From an uncultured virus (IMG/VR IMGVR_UViG_3300037086_000332) (taxonomy: Duplodnaviria; Heunggongvirae; Uroviricota; Caudoviricetes), in the IMG/VR virus record IMGVR_UViG_3300037086_000332: a stretch of DNA of 64,000 nucleotides; one strand, given 5' to 3'. Both the position numbers and the translations under genes were made by a program. Every line of letters starts with the position of its first letter. Position 1 is the stretch's first letter. The notes beneath the pieces are model-generated. The model searched no databases. It saw nothing but the letters and a program-made list of their open reading frames with translations, and was not told where the DNA came from. Shown here piece after piece: positions 56,627-64,000 of this stretch.

Positions 56627-56904
56627 TGTTTAAACACTTCAGATGGCAACAGCTTGATACCCTATACACCAAACGTGATGGAGAGATTCAATGTATTTTT
56701 GGAAGAGTTGGAACTCGGGACGGTATTGCTATGTATGATGGAGTAGTCATTCTTGCAAACAATAATGGCGCCCAGTTGCTCATCAATGAACCATTTTACA
56801 TAAATAATGCCGACAAGAAGACTAAACACTATCCAACCGAGCGTGATATGCAAATTGTAATGTGCACGTTCTGGGAAGAAGTAGCGTGGGACACGTGGGG
56901 ATGA
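56626..56904 (+). CDS. Small array-family protein (YxP subgroup)
   Basis: HYPTERDMQIVMCTFWE. Confidence 0.7.
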   Translation: MFKHFRWQQLDTLYTKRDGEIQCIFGRVGTRDGIAMYDGVVILANNNGAQLLINEPFYINNADKKTKHYPTERDMQIVMCTFWEEVAWDTWG

Positions 56905-57152
56905 AACTAGGAACTTGGTTGCTAAATATAAACCATGACTCACCACTTTGGATGGAACGGATTTATATCATTGCCAAAGGTGAGAGAAACATGTTTGGTG
57001 AACAATTGTATGAAATAGTTGAGTTTGGAGATGGGTGGAACAGATATAATTTGAGCCGAAGTTTAGGTAGATTGAAAGAATGGAAAAAATGGGAGCCGTC
57101 TGAGACCGATCTTCAAGGTGCTGTAAAAACATTGTTTGGAGAAAGCTATTGA
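56901..57152 (+). CDS. Small array-family protein (YxP subgroup)
   Basis: MKLGTW...WEPSETDLQGAVKTLFG. Confidence 0.75.
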   Translation: MKLGTWLLNINHDSPLWMERIYIIAKGERNMFGEQLYEIVEFGDGWNRYNLSRSLGRLKEWKKWEPSETDLQGAVKTLFGESY

Positions 57153-57406
57153 ATCACGAAGGAACATGGATTTCTACTAACAGCATGGCCTACTATCTCA
57201 TTCATTATCTGGGCCTTACTGGTGGTCAGAGACCATTTTACAGCTGTATCAAGCTTGGATTCATGAAAATGAAGAGTGATGACCACGACGAGCGTGCTGA
57301 TACACACAGTAGTGGATGGATCTTCTCTGATAAAATAGAAAACTACGACAAATACGATCCTGATGAGAACGATCTACATCGATCAATCAAGGCGGTGTTT
57401 GCATGA
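57149..57406 (+). CDS. Small array-family protein (YxP subgroup)
   Basis: EGTW...YDPDENDLHRSIKAVF. Confidence 0.75.
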   Translation: MNHEGTWISTNSMAYYLIHYLGLTGGQRPFYSCIKLGFMKMKSDDHDERADTHSSGWIFSDKIENYDKYDPDENDLHRSIKAVFA

Positions 57407-57645
57407 TGAAACCATATCGATACTACAGCAGCCCACACGTCACTGAGAAAGTCTATCTGATGGACGTGTATGCCGTCACTCCTGCTGGCGGGAAATATTG
57501 GAACTACATGGATGTAACTGATGAGGGTGCATCATTGGTAAGCGGGCCATTAGTATTGCAAGAAGATTGGACTATTCAGAAGATTTCTCGAGAAATAAAG
57601 AAAGAATTGATACGTGCTTGGTTTAAGGGCATGGAGAAAAAATGA
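57403..57645 (+). CDS. Small array-family protein
   Basis: KKELIRAWF. Confidence 0.65.
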   Translation: MMKPYRYYSSPHVTEKVYLMDVYAVTPAGGKYWNYMDVTDEGASLVSGPLVLQEDWTIQKISREIKKELIRAWFKGMEKK

Positions 57646-57670
57646 GCAGGGGTAGTACGGGACACATAGA

Positions 57671-57940
57671 ATGAAAAATAGAGTGGGAAATTGGTGGCAA
57701 AACAACAATGATAACTCTCAATATGAAGGAGAATATGTCTACGTGTTGGCATTTAGACCTGAGAAATCAAAGCCTCATGATATGAGGTGGGATGTGATTT
57801 GGTTCAGTGAGCTAGATTCCTCAAAAACTCAAATGTTTTCAGCAGTGGATCTCACATTTGTTAAATGGACAGCCTACAGTCCTACAACTGATGATCTTCA
57901 TGATGCCGTACTATGCCTTTTTAGAGACAAAAAGAAATGA
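57671..57940 (+). CDS. Small array-family protein (YxP subgroup)
   Basis: RVGNWW...YSPTTDDLHDAVLCLF. Confidence 0.75.
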   Translation: MKNRVGNWWQNNNDNSQYEGEYVYVLAFRPEKSKPHDMRWDVIWFSELDSSKTQMFSAVDLTFVKWTAYSPTTDDLHDAVLCLFRDKKK

Positions 57941-58203
57941 AACACGACTTTCAGCTCGCTAGTATAGGACATTGGTTTTTTACTCCAAAGTATATTGGAC
58001 CACCTCGACACGTATACGTAGTTGATTATGAATTCGATCAACACAGTGGAATGCATCACTTTACTCTCATTGAGTTTTACTCTGAACATGACATCAGCTT
58101 TGGAACCAATAGTGTTGGTCCAGACGAGGATTGGACAAAATATGAGCCTACAGAACTTGACTATAGAATAGCCATCAAGAAAATATGTGAGGACATAAGA
58201 TGA
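57937..58203 (+). CDS. Small array-family protein (YxP subgroup)
   Basis: IGHWF...YEPTELDYRIAIKKIC. Confidence 0.75.
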   Translation: MKHDFQLASIGHWFFTPKYIGPPRHVYVVDYEFDQHSGMHHFTLIEFYSEHDISFGTNSVGPDEDWTKYEPTELDYRIAIKKICEDIR

Positions 58204-58442
58204 CACCAAGACAGGCAATGAAAAAGAGAGTATGGCTCTATAAAGATGGATGGTACGACTTCTTAGATAGGATCGAAAATGGAAATGCCATCACTTGGCG
58301 CTATATGGAAAAAGACCATAACTTTAGAGTATTCGAAAATTGGGACGCTAATGATGATCTCTTAGACTATGATGGCTGTGTCGAGAAGAAGCCACCAGAA
58401 CAACGCAAAGTAATAGAAGCTCTCTTTGAGAGACTGAGATGA
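58200..58442 (+). CDS. Small array-family protein
   Basis: QRKVIEALFE. Confidence 0.7.
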   Translation: MTPRQAMKKRVWLYKDGWYDFLDRIENGNAITWRYMEKDHNFRVFENWDANDDLLDYDGCVEKKPPEQRKVIEALFERLR

Positions 58443-58684
58443 TAAAACCAAAAGATCGAATTGGACATTGGTTCAGAAATGATGGAGCATATCATCCCAT
58501 TCATGCTTATGTCGTAAAGTACTTAGGCATGGATGCCAATATTCATCTTTTTGATGCCATCGAATTTGATGAAGATAATCATGATGTGGTATTACGACAT
58601 GAAATCACTGGGGCCGACGGCTGGGTTCCATATAAACCAGGAAACACAGATCTTCAAGAGGCAGTAATGGCGGTATTCGAATGA
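58439..58684 (+). CDS. Small array-family protein (YxP subgroup)
   Basis: IGHWF...YKPGNTDLQEAVMAVFE. Confidence 0.75.
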   Translation: MIKPKDRIGHWFRNDGAYHPIHAYVVKYLGMDANIHLFDAIEFDEDNHDVVLRHEITGADGWVPYKPGNTDLQEAVMAVFE

Positions 58685-58917
58685 GGCCAACTACTTGGGA
58701 AGGAAAATGGTTCAATAGTTCTAGTCTGTGGTATTGCTATATAATTAGCTTTAAGCGCAAAAAGATGGAAGGCTATGTCTTTGATCTAGTGGCCTCTGAA
58801 AGCAAAGGAAGTGCCTACTATCATGATGAATGGGCTTTTACTGACCTTTCCAGTTTGAGACCATACCAGCCCGCCAAGCGACAAAAACATATGGTCGTCA
58901 AGGCGGTGTTTGAATGA
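58681..58917 (+). CDS. Small array-family protein (YxP subgroup)
   Basis: EGKWF...YQPAKRQKHMVVKAVFE. Confidence 0.75.
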   Translation: MRPTTWEGKWFNSSSLWYCYIISFKRKKMEGYVFDLVASESKGSAYYHDEWAFTDLSSLRPYQPAKRQKHMVVKAVFE

Positions 58918-59168
58918 ATCGATATGCTGTGTGGGTGGGACAGGGACCAGAGACGGGGAATTGGGCTATTGACCTTGTAGAAGTAGATAAGAACTTTAAG
59001 TTTCTTGAGTTTAAAGGTATTTTTGTACAAGAGATCATGAAAGGTGGTCCAAATCCAGGCGCTCTCAAAAAAGGAGCTCAAGTCACGTGGGACAACTACA
59101 ACAACGTGCTAGAAACAATAGAAGAAGCATGCCAAGAAGTGGTGAGACGGCTGTGGACACCACTCTGA
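58914..59168 (+). CDS. Small array-family protein; close paralogue of 59188..59436
   Basis: RYAVWVG...EEACQEVVRRLW. Confidence 0.7.
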   Translation: MNRYAVWVGQGPETGNWAIDLVEVDKNFKFLEFKGIFVQEIMKGGPNPGALKKGAQVTWDNYNNVLETIEEACQEVVRRLWTPL

Positions 59169-59187
59169 TGTTTAAAAGGATCAGATC

Positions 59188-59436
59188 ATGAAACGATATG
59201 GCATATGGGTTGGAAGAGAAAAAGAATATGGTAGTTGGGTCATTGACCAACTAGAAGTGCCAAAATATCATACCTCATTCAACTTTAAAGGCAAATTTGT
59301 TTCAGAATTCATGGGTGGTGGTTCTGCCCCCACCATTTTCAAGAAAGGAAAGGAAGTAGATTGGGAGAACTACCATAATTTAGTTGATTCACTTGAGGAA
59401 GCTTATAAAGAAGTAATAAGGCAGTTATACCGATGA
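59188..59436 (+). CDS. Small array-family protein; close paralogue of 58914..59168
   Basis: RYGIWVG...EEAYKEVIRQLY. Confidence 0.7.
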   Translation: MKRYGIWVGREKEYGSWVIDQLEVPKYHTSFNFKGKFVSEFMGGGSAPTIFKKGKEVDWENYHNLVDSLEEAYKEVIRQLYR

Positions 59437-59744
59437 ACAAGTACACTAAAGAAGCTAAAAAAATAGTAGGTAATTGGTATGTACAAAACAACGGTCCTTA
59501 TGATAAGGGACTCACGATACAGAAGCCATTGCGAGTTTACGACTATGAAGGTGAGACAAAATCCACAAATGAAAAGATTACCATTGAAGATAGATACTTT
59601 CAGTTCTTCATCGAAAAGAACGATCTTGTTTATCACGACAGTGGCGAAATGCACTACGTCTACAACAATCTTGCCAAACCAAACCATTTTAGGCGCGTCA
59701 TCAAACTGCTTTTCAAATGCGAAGAATTTGAGGTGGATCTATGA
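59433..59744 (+). CDS. Small array-family protein
   Basis: IVGNWY...FRRVIKLLF. Confidence 0.7.
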   Translation: MNKYTKEAKKIVGNWYVQNNGPYDKGLTIQKPLRVYDYEGETKSTNEKITIEDRYFQFFIEKNDLVYHDSGEMHYVYNNLAKPNHFRRVIKLLFKCEEFEVDL

Positions 59745-59995
59745 ATTGGAAGGGAATGGAAGGACAGTGGTGGAACAACATCAGTGTCGACATGAGGCAT
59801 CCTCATTGCTATCTCATTCGTTTTCTTAGAGAACAAGGAGATGGCAAGGCTTCATTTGAAATGTTGGCCTATATTCCTCAACTCGGAATGACCTATCTTT
59901 CCTCTGAAAGTATCGCAAATTTGAAAAACTACAAGCACTATGTTCCAATGAATATAGATCTTCGAAGTGGAATCAGAACGGTGTTTGGAGAATAG
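59741..59995 (+). CDS. Small array-family protein (YxP subgroup)
   Basis: MEGQWW...YVPMNIDLRSGIRTVFG. Confidence 0.75.
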   Translation: MNWKGMEGQWWNNISVDMRHPHCYLIRFLREQGDGKASFEMLAYIPQLGMTYLSSESIANLKNYKHYVPMNIDLRSGIRTVFGE

Positions 59996-59996
59996 A

Positions 59997-60266
59997 ATGG
60001 CGACATGGCATGATTACGAAAGACAGTGGTTAATCCCAAAGAAAGATAAACACACTGGTCGGGATGATTTTCGTCTTTATATTGTATTCGCTCAAGGACC
60101 ACGAATGGATACAATTTTTGTATTTGACAGGGGTCCAGCTTCTTATCTCACACAAGAGAAGAGAGGCAGTGAGGACACGATCAACAGCTATGAAGCATAT
60201 CAACCAAAAGCTGAAGACTATCGTAAAGCAGTTGAAGCAGTGTTTGGTGAATGGATGAAGCGATGA
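59997..60266 (+). CDS. Small array-family protein (YxP subgroup)
   Basis: YQPKAEDYRKAVEAVFG. Confidence 0.75.
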   Translation: MATWHDYERQWLIPKKDKHTGRDDFRLYIVFAQGPRMDTIFVFDRGPASYLTQEKRGSEDTINSYEAYQPKAEDYRKAVEAVFGEWMKR

Positions 60267-60535
60267 TCTTTATTGGAACGAACAATTGGTATTCTACCTA
60301 TTATGGCAGTAGAGATGAAACAAAGCGGCAGCTTATTTATGTTGTGAAACTTCATAGAACGCGAACGAAAGACTCTGCCATGGTCGTTTGGTATCAGCCA
60401 GAACATAGTTGGACTTTCTTTGAAGAAGTTCCGGTTCCCAATTGGGATTGGGAGAAATATGAGCCTACAGAAAGAGACTGGCAAGTGGTACTTGTTTCGA
60501 TATTTCAGCATTGGGGTAAGATAGATGACACCTAA
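60263..60535 (+). CDS. Small array-family protein (YxP subgroup)
   Basis: YEPTERDWQVVLVSIF. Confidence 0.75.
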   Translation: MIFIGTNNWYSTYYGSRDETKRQLIYVVKLHRTRTKDSAMVVWYQPEHSWTFFEEVPVPNWDWEKYEPTERDWQVVLVSIFQHWGKIDDT

Positions 60536-60803
60536 AGAAAGAGAAGGGCATTGGTATATCAACAATGATCCACAAAACTATTCTACATACAACACCTATG
60601 CATATCTCATCAATCATGTTGGGAGTGGACATGCTTTAGAATTTTATGAATTGGTTTATTTTGATGTGGCCGTAAGCCCACACAAGATTCATTTTCATGA
60701 GAAAGAGGGATTGGGTGAAATGAGAAATTGGATAGAGTATGAACCTCTTAAACGAGATCTTCGAGTTGTGGTTCATGCCGTCTTTGGGAATACAAATGGC
60801 TGA
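60525..60803 (+). CDS. Small array-family protein (YxP subgroup)
   Basis: EGHWY...YEPLKRDLRVVVHAVFG. Confidence 0.75.
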   Translation: MTPKEREGHWYINNDPQNYSTYNTYAYLINHVGSGHALEFYELVYFDVAVSPHKIHFHEKEGLGEMRNWIEYEPLKRDLRVVVHAVFGNTNG

Positions 60804-61089
60804 TTTCACATGGACTTCCATGGAAGGCCAATGGTTGAGAGGTGAAACCAGTCCAACATGGTCTTCTGCCATTAAACATGTTTCTCATATTTACATTGTT
60901 CGATTTATCTCAGAGAGAAATGGTACCCAAGGTCTTCGACCAACTGTTTCAATGATTCATATGGTGATGGGTGGCAGAAAGCAGTATGTTGATAACATGG
61001 AGATTGGTAGTATTGGAAACTACAAGGCATATGAACCAGACAGAGGTGATCTTCACATGGCCATCAAATCAATCTTTGATGTTCGTTGA
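60796..61089 (+). CDS. Small array-family protein (YxP subgroup)
   Basis: MEGQWL...YEPDRGDLHMAIKSIFD. Confidence 0.75.
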   Translation: MADFTWTSMEGQWLRGETSPTWSSAIKHVSHIYIVRFISERNGTQGLRPTVSMIHMVMGGRKQYVDNMEIGSIGNYKAYEPDRGDLHMAIKSIFDVR

Positions 61090-61316
61090 TCGCTTGGAAG
61101 TCCAGCCTTTCTAGCACATGTTGAACACATACCATGAGACACCAGCCCACCCTCAGCGTCTCCTTTTGAGATAGTTCGCCCACACCACGCACAAACGGTC
61201 TTTACGGCCTCAAACAGATGCTCTCTCAAATCCTGTTTCTTAGCCTCTCTAATAAGACGAGTTATTCGTTTGGTGGTAATAGAGATGCGCTCTTCCAATA
61301 GTTCCTGCTTTGTCAT
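61053..61316 (-). CDS. Small Zn-finger protein
   Basis: CAWC...SHGMCSTC. Confidence 0.7.
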   Translation of the reverse strand: MTKQELLEERISITTKRITRLIREAKKQDLREHLFEAVKTVCAWCGRTISKGDAEGGLVSHGMCSTCARKAGLPSDQRTSKIDLMAM

Positions 61317-61422
61317 GATGCTTTCCTTCCAAATGGTATAATATTATCTTAAAACTCCAGTTTTATAGATGCAAAAAAATGATGAGAGAGCCATGTCTGT
61401 CGGTTCGTTGTAAGATAATAAT

Positions 61423-61689
61423 ATGAAATCAATTACGATAGGAGATTGGTTTGTTCCAAGTATTCCTGGTGCCCTAATCCTTGAATACATAGTCAAAGTT
61501 GGAACTATCAAAATTGAATATATCTCCTATCATTTTAGTTTTCATTCATCCTCTCTTTCTCGTGGAACTAAGAAAGAAAAGTTGATCGTTTATCAATCAG
61601 CAATGCAGATGGGTGGAAGAAAACACGCTGGAAAGAGAGATTTTGAAAGAATGATACAGTGTATTTTCAGTGCCAAAGAAATAGAATAG
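61423..61689 (+). CDS. Small array-family protein
   Basis: ITIGDWF...DFERMIQCIF; AAGATAA 4 nt upstream. Confidence 0.7.
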   Translation: MKSITIGDWFVPSIPGALILEYIVKVGTIKIEYISYHFSFHSSSLSRGTKKEKLIVYQSAMQMGGRKHAGKRDFERMIQCIFSAKEIE

Positions 61690-61700
61690 TGAGGCAAAAT

Positions 61701-62138
61701 ATGACCAAAGATTTAGGAAGTATGTTTGAGGCTAAAGACTCAAAAAAGAAAGAGCCACAAAAGGCGTACAGTGGAGACATTGAGAAACAAACACTCAATA
61801 ACACAAACTTCAGAGAGGTGCTGTTCACTGGAGAACATGCTCAACTTGTTGTCATGTCTTTAAAGAAAGACGAAGAGATTGGAGATGAAGTTCATCAACA
61901 CGTCGATCAATTCTTTAGAATTGAAAGGGGCAAAGCAAAGTTTGTCCTGAATGAGAAGGAGATACATGTCGTTGGCAATGGAGAGGCCGTGGTTATTCCT
62001 GCTGGAACCTATCACAACGTAATCAACGTTGGTGATGGACAACTTAAACTCTACACCGTCTATTCTCCTCCTAACCATCCTCCCAATACAATTCACAAAA
62101 CGAAAGCTGATGCTGAGAAAGCTGAAAAGAAGAAATAA
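61701..62138 (+). CDS. Cupin domain protein
   Basis: NFREVLFTG...QLVVMSL...EIGDEVH..VDQFFRIE.G...IPAGTYHNVIN...LKLYTVYSPPNHP. Confidence 0.9.
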   Translation: MTKDLGSMFEAKDSKKKEPQKAYSGDIEKQTLNNTNFREVLFTGEHAQLVVMSLKKDEEIGDEVHQHVDQFFRIERGKAKFVLNEKEIHVVGNGEAVVIPAGTYHNVINVGDGQLKLYTVYSPPNHPPNTIHKTKADAEKAEKKK

Positions 62139-62437
62139 TGGAAGTCTCCAATGCGTGGGAAGCACCCAATAAAACAGCCGGAAGTTGGCTCTATTGTGGC
62201 ACTCGCTATCTCAAACGAGGAGAACAACACGCATGGTATGGAGAGTATCGCAGAATAAAAAAGATTTACACTTTCAAAGGACAACAGAGAGTCCAATACA
62301 ATTCATTTTGGGTTTGTGATAACTACTGTTTTCATGATAGCGGAAACCTTCCTTTCGATGAATTCAGAGGACGAGCTGTTATAGATAAAGATATTCGAAC
62401 AGAAATAGAAAACATCTTTACATTGGGTGGCAAATGA
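62138..62437 (+). CDS. Small array-family protein
   Basis: AGSW...DIRTEIENIF. Confidence 0.65.
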   Translation: MEVSNAWEAPNKTAGSWLYCGTRYLKRGEQHAWYGEYRRIKKIYTFKGQQRVQYNSFWVCDNYCFHDSGNLPFDEFRGRAVIDKDIRTEIENIFTLGGK

Positions 62438-62745
62438 AATCTTTTGTAAAAAGAACGAAGAGAATAAAACAAGAAGGTATGCCAAAGGTTGGACAGTGGT
62501 ATGTTCAATGGGAAGATACTTGGAAAAATTTATTTTACGTCCTTAGAACTGAGAATGACCTTGCAAACTACGTGACTGCTAAAGGTTTCATTATGAGTTA
62601 TTCCAATAGAACTTCTACTTGGCACGAAAAAATTACGATCTCCATGACCGGATGGCACAGTGGCACGCTCGAATACGCTGATATAAACAATTTTGTTGAC
62701 GCAATCAAGTACTTGTTTGAAACTGTTTACGAGGATCCATCGTGA
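62434..62745 (+). CDS. Small array-family protein
   Basis: PKVGQWY...FVDAIKYLFE. Confidence 0.7.
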   Translation: MKSFVKRTKRIKQEGMPKVGQWYVQWEDTWKNLFYVLRTENDLANYVTAKGFIMSYSNRTSTWHEKITISMTGWHSGTLEYADINNFVDAIKYLFETVYEDPS

Positions 62746-62999
62746 AAATAGGCGATTGGGTCATAGGGGTAGACAATGAACTAGGTGTCATTTATAAGGT
62801 GTTGGGTTTTCCTCTTGTGAGAAAAGAAGAAGATGTATTCACTATGAGATACTGCAGACTTCTTGATGGGGCCGAGGCACGCGAATCAAGGCAATACAAA
62901 GACTATTTGACTGGCAGAGAGTTTAAACCAGCAAAGGACTCCGACTTGCAAGGTTTTATCATGGACATCTTCGAAGAAAACAAAAGAATACAATCATGA
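62742..62999 (+). CDS. Small array-family protein
   Basis: MKIGDW...DLQGFIMDIFE. Confidence 0.7.
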   Translation: MKIGDWVIGVDNELGVIYKVLGFPLVRKEEDVFTMRYCRLLDGAEARESRQYKDYLTGREFKPAKDSDLQGFIMDIFEENKRIQS

Positions 63000-63250
63000 C
63001 ATATGATGTTGGCAACTTTTATCTTGGCACTTCTGCATCCACAGTAGGAAAACTATACCTCTGTACTGGTGGCAATTCAACTCAAGGAGAGTTTATTCGT
63101 ATTGCTCCGCCTGATGGATCTCTCACCCCTTATAAGATCCATTGGGATGAACTTGGGTAACCCGTCAACGCTCCTCAATTTATGAGAATAGCTGTTCAAG
63201 AGTTGTTTGTGTTTGGTGGTCCAGGTGGGAACCTAGGTCGACGGTCTTAG
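62996..63250 (+). pseudogene. Array-family gene interrupted by an in-frame TAA
   Basis: MTYDVGNFY...WDELG*(63158-63160)PVNAPQFMRIAVQELFVF...; the family motif lies after the stop, in the same frame. Confidence 0.65.
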
Positions 63251-63502
63251 AGAATTTGAATTAACCAATCTGCTATTGTCTCCAAAAACTCTCATCAATA
63301 AATTACGCATTTGAAATTCAAATAATTTATGAAGATTAGCATGTCTCATACTGTGCCAGCCATAGACATCAGAACGAGATTGTAGTTCATCAACAAAAAG
63401 ACCCACGTTTGCTATCTCTTGATAGTCCATACAAACATAAAACCTCGGATGGGCTTTTGAACTTGAAACGCTGGCATATATTCCGCCCAATTCTCTCTTC
63501 AT
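63233..63502 (-). CDS. Small array-family protein
   Basis: RELGGIY...YVCMD...MRNLLMRVFG. Confidence 0.7.
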   Translation of the reverse strand: MKRELGGIYASVSSSKAHPRFYVCMDYQEIANVGLFVDELQSRSDVYGWHSMRHANLHKLFEFQMRNLLMRVFGDNSRLVNSNSLRPST

Positions 63503-63735
63503 CTAGCATCTCCAAACACTTTTCTAAGAAGTACTTTCATAGTTCCTTTATCTATGTTGTCAATGTCTCCTTCTTGCATTTTGTACCAACTCTTCTCGTA
63601 AGCATCAGCATAATACTCATCTATAAAGAAAGCATGTCGATCATCTCCAAGATCCATACATATGTACCACGTGGCCTCACTTCTGTTGGATTCTTCATCA
63701 GTTATTTTATAAATGTGACCCACTTGTCTTACCAT
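63499..63735 (-). CDS. Small array-family protein
   Basis: RQVGHIY...YICMD...MKVLLRKVFG. Confidence 0.7.
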   Translation of the reverse strand: MVRQVGHIYKITDEESNRSEATWYICMDLGDDRHAFFIDEYYADAYEKSWYKMQEGDIDNIDKGTMKVLLRKVFGDAR

Positions 63736-63971
63736 TTCTCAAACAACCTTATCAGAATGAGTTTTCTCTGTCGTACATCAATTATTTTTAATGGAATTCG
63801 TTTTACATCATCCCAATACAATTCTATTGGTTGTTCCGTGATAATGGCAATAAATTTTGCCTTGAAATGACTGGGTGATTCAACGCAGAGCAGAAAAAAT
63901 TCGGGTCTCTCTGGTCGGACATAAAAATACCCTACCTCTCTGACCAGTGGAACAATGTTTTTCCGTCTCAT
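63729..63971 (-). CDS. Small array-family protein
   Basis: REVGYFY...RKLILIRLFE; AAGATAA 4 nt upstream. Confidence 0.7.
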   Translation of the reverse strand: MRRKNIVPLVREVGYFYVRPERPEFFLLCVESPSHFKAKFIAIITEQPIELYWDDVKRIPLKIIDVRQRKLILIRLFEKW

Positions 63972-64000
63972 ACAGTTATCTTACCATGCGCGAAAGATAA

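Noticed and set aside
23196..63971. Integron cassette array or diversity-generating retroelement behind the small-gene array
   Set aside because: Genes overlap, leaving no room for attC sites. No integrase or reverse transcriptase is in the window, and I saw no template/variable repeat pair differing only at adenines.
1..64000. Alternative genetic code (stop-codon reassignment)
   Set aside because: Multi-kilobase ORFs are intact under the standard bacterial code, and TAA, TAG and TGA all end genes at coherent boundaries. The short ORFs change frame at overlaps and each has its own terminal motif.

Overview
The window looks like part of a large (jumbo-type) tailed bacteriophage genome; this is inferred from gene content and layout, and no host housekeeping genes, rRNA or tRNA are visible. 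Positions 1-23.2 kb hold four giant minus-strand virion or fibre-like genes built from shared repeat modules. The last of them is split by a +1 frameshift near 2675 and runs off the left edge. From 23.2 kb to 64 kb the window is dominated by roughly 85-90 short (mostly 75-120 aa), tightly overlapped ORFs. They are very divergent but nearly all end in the same amphipathic helix, approximately [D/E/K]-h-[R/H/K]-x-h-h-x-x-h-F-[E/G/D] with h hydrophobic, and many start M-x-h-G-x-W-[Y/F]. Embedded in this array are an HtrA protease, a gp5/gpV-like spike gene, glycosyltransferases, a methyltransferase, a cupin, OGFr-like, STAS/SEC14-like and DUF559-like genes, and small families of membrane and exported proteins. 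Gene orientation switches divergently near 50 kb, where there is a GC-rich repeat region. A ~480-nt, deeply nested candidate structured RNA lies at 52958-53437. A recurrent AAGATAA motif sits 4-7 nt before many operon-first ATGs, and several gaps between array genes are bridged by translationally coupled mini-ORFs. All product calls come from motifs recognised by eye; no searches or folding programs were run.
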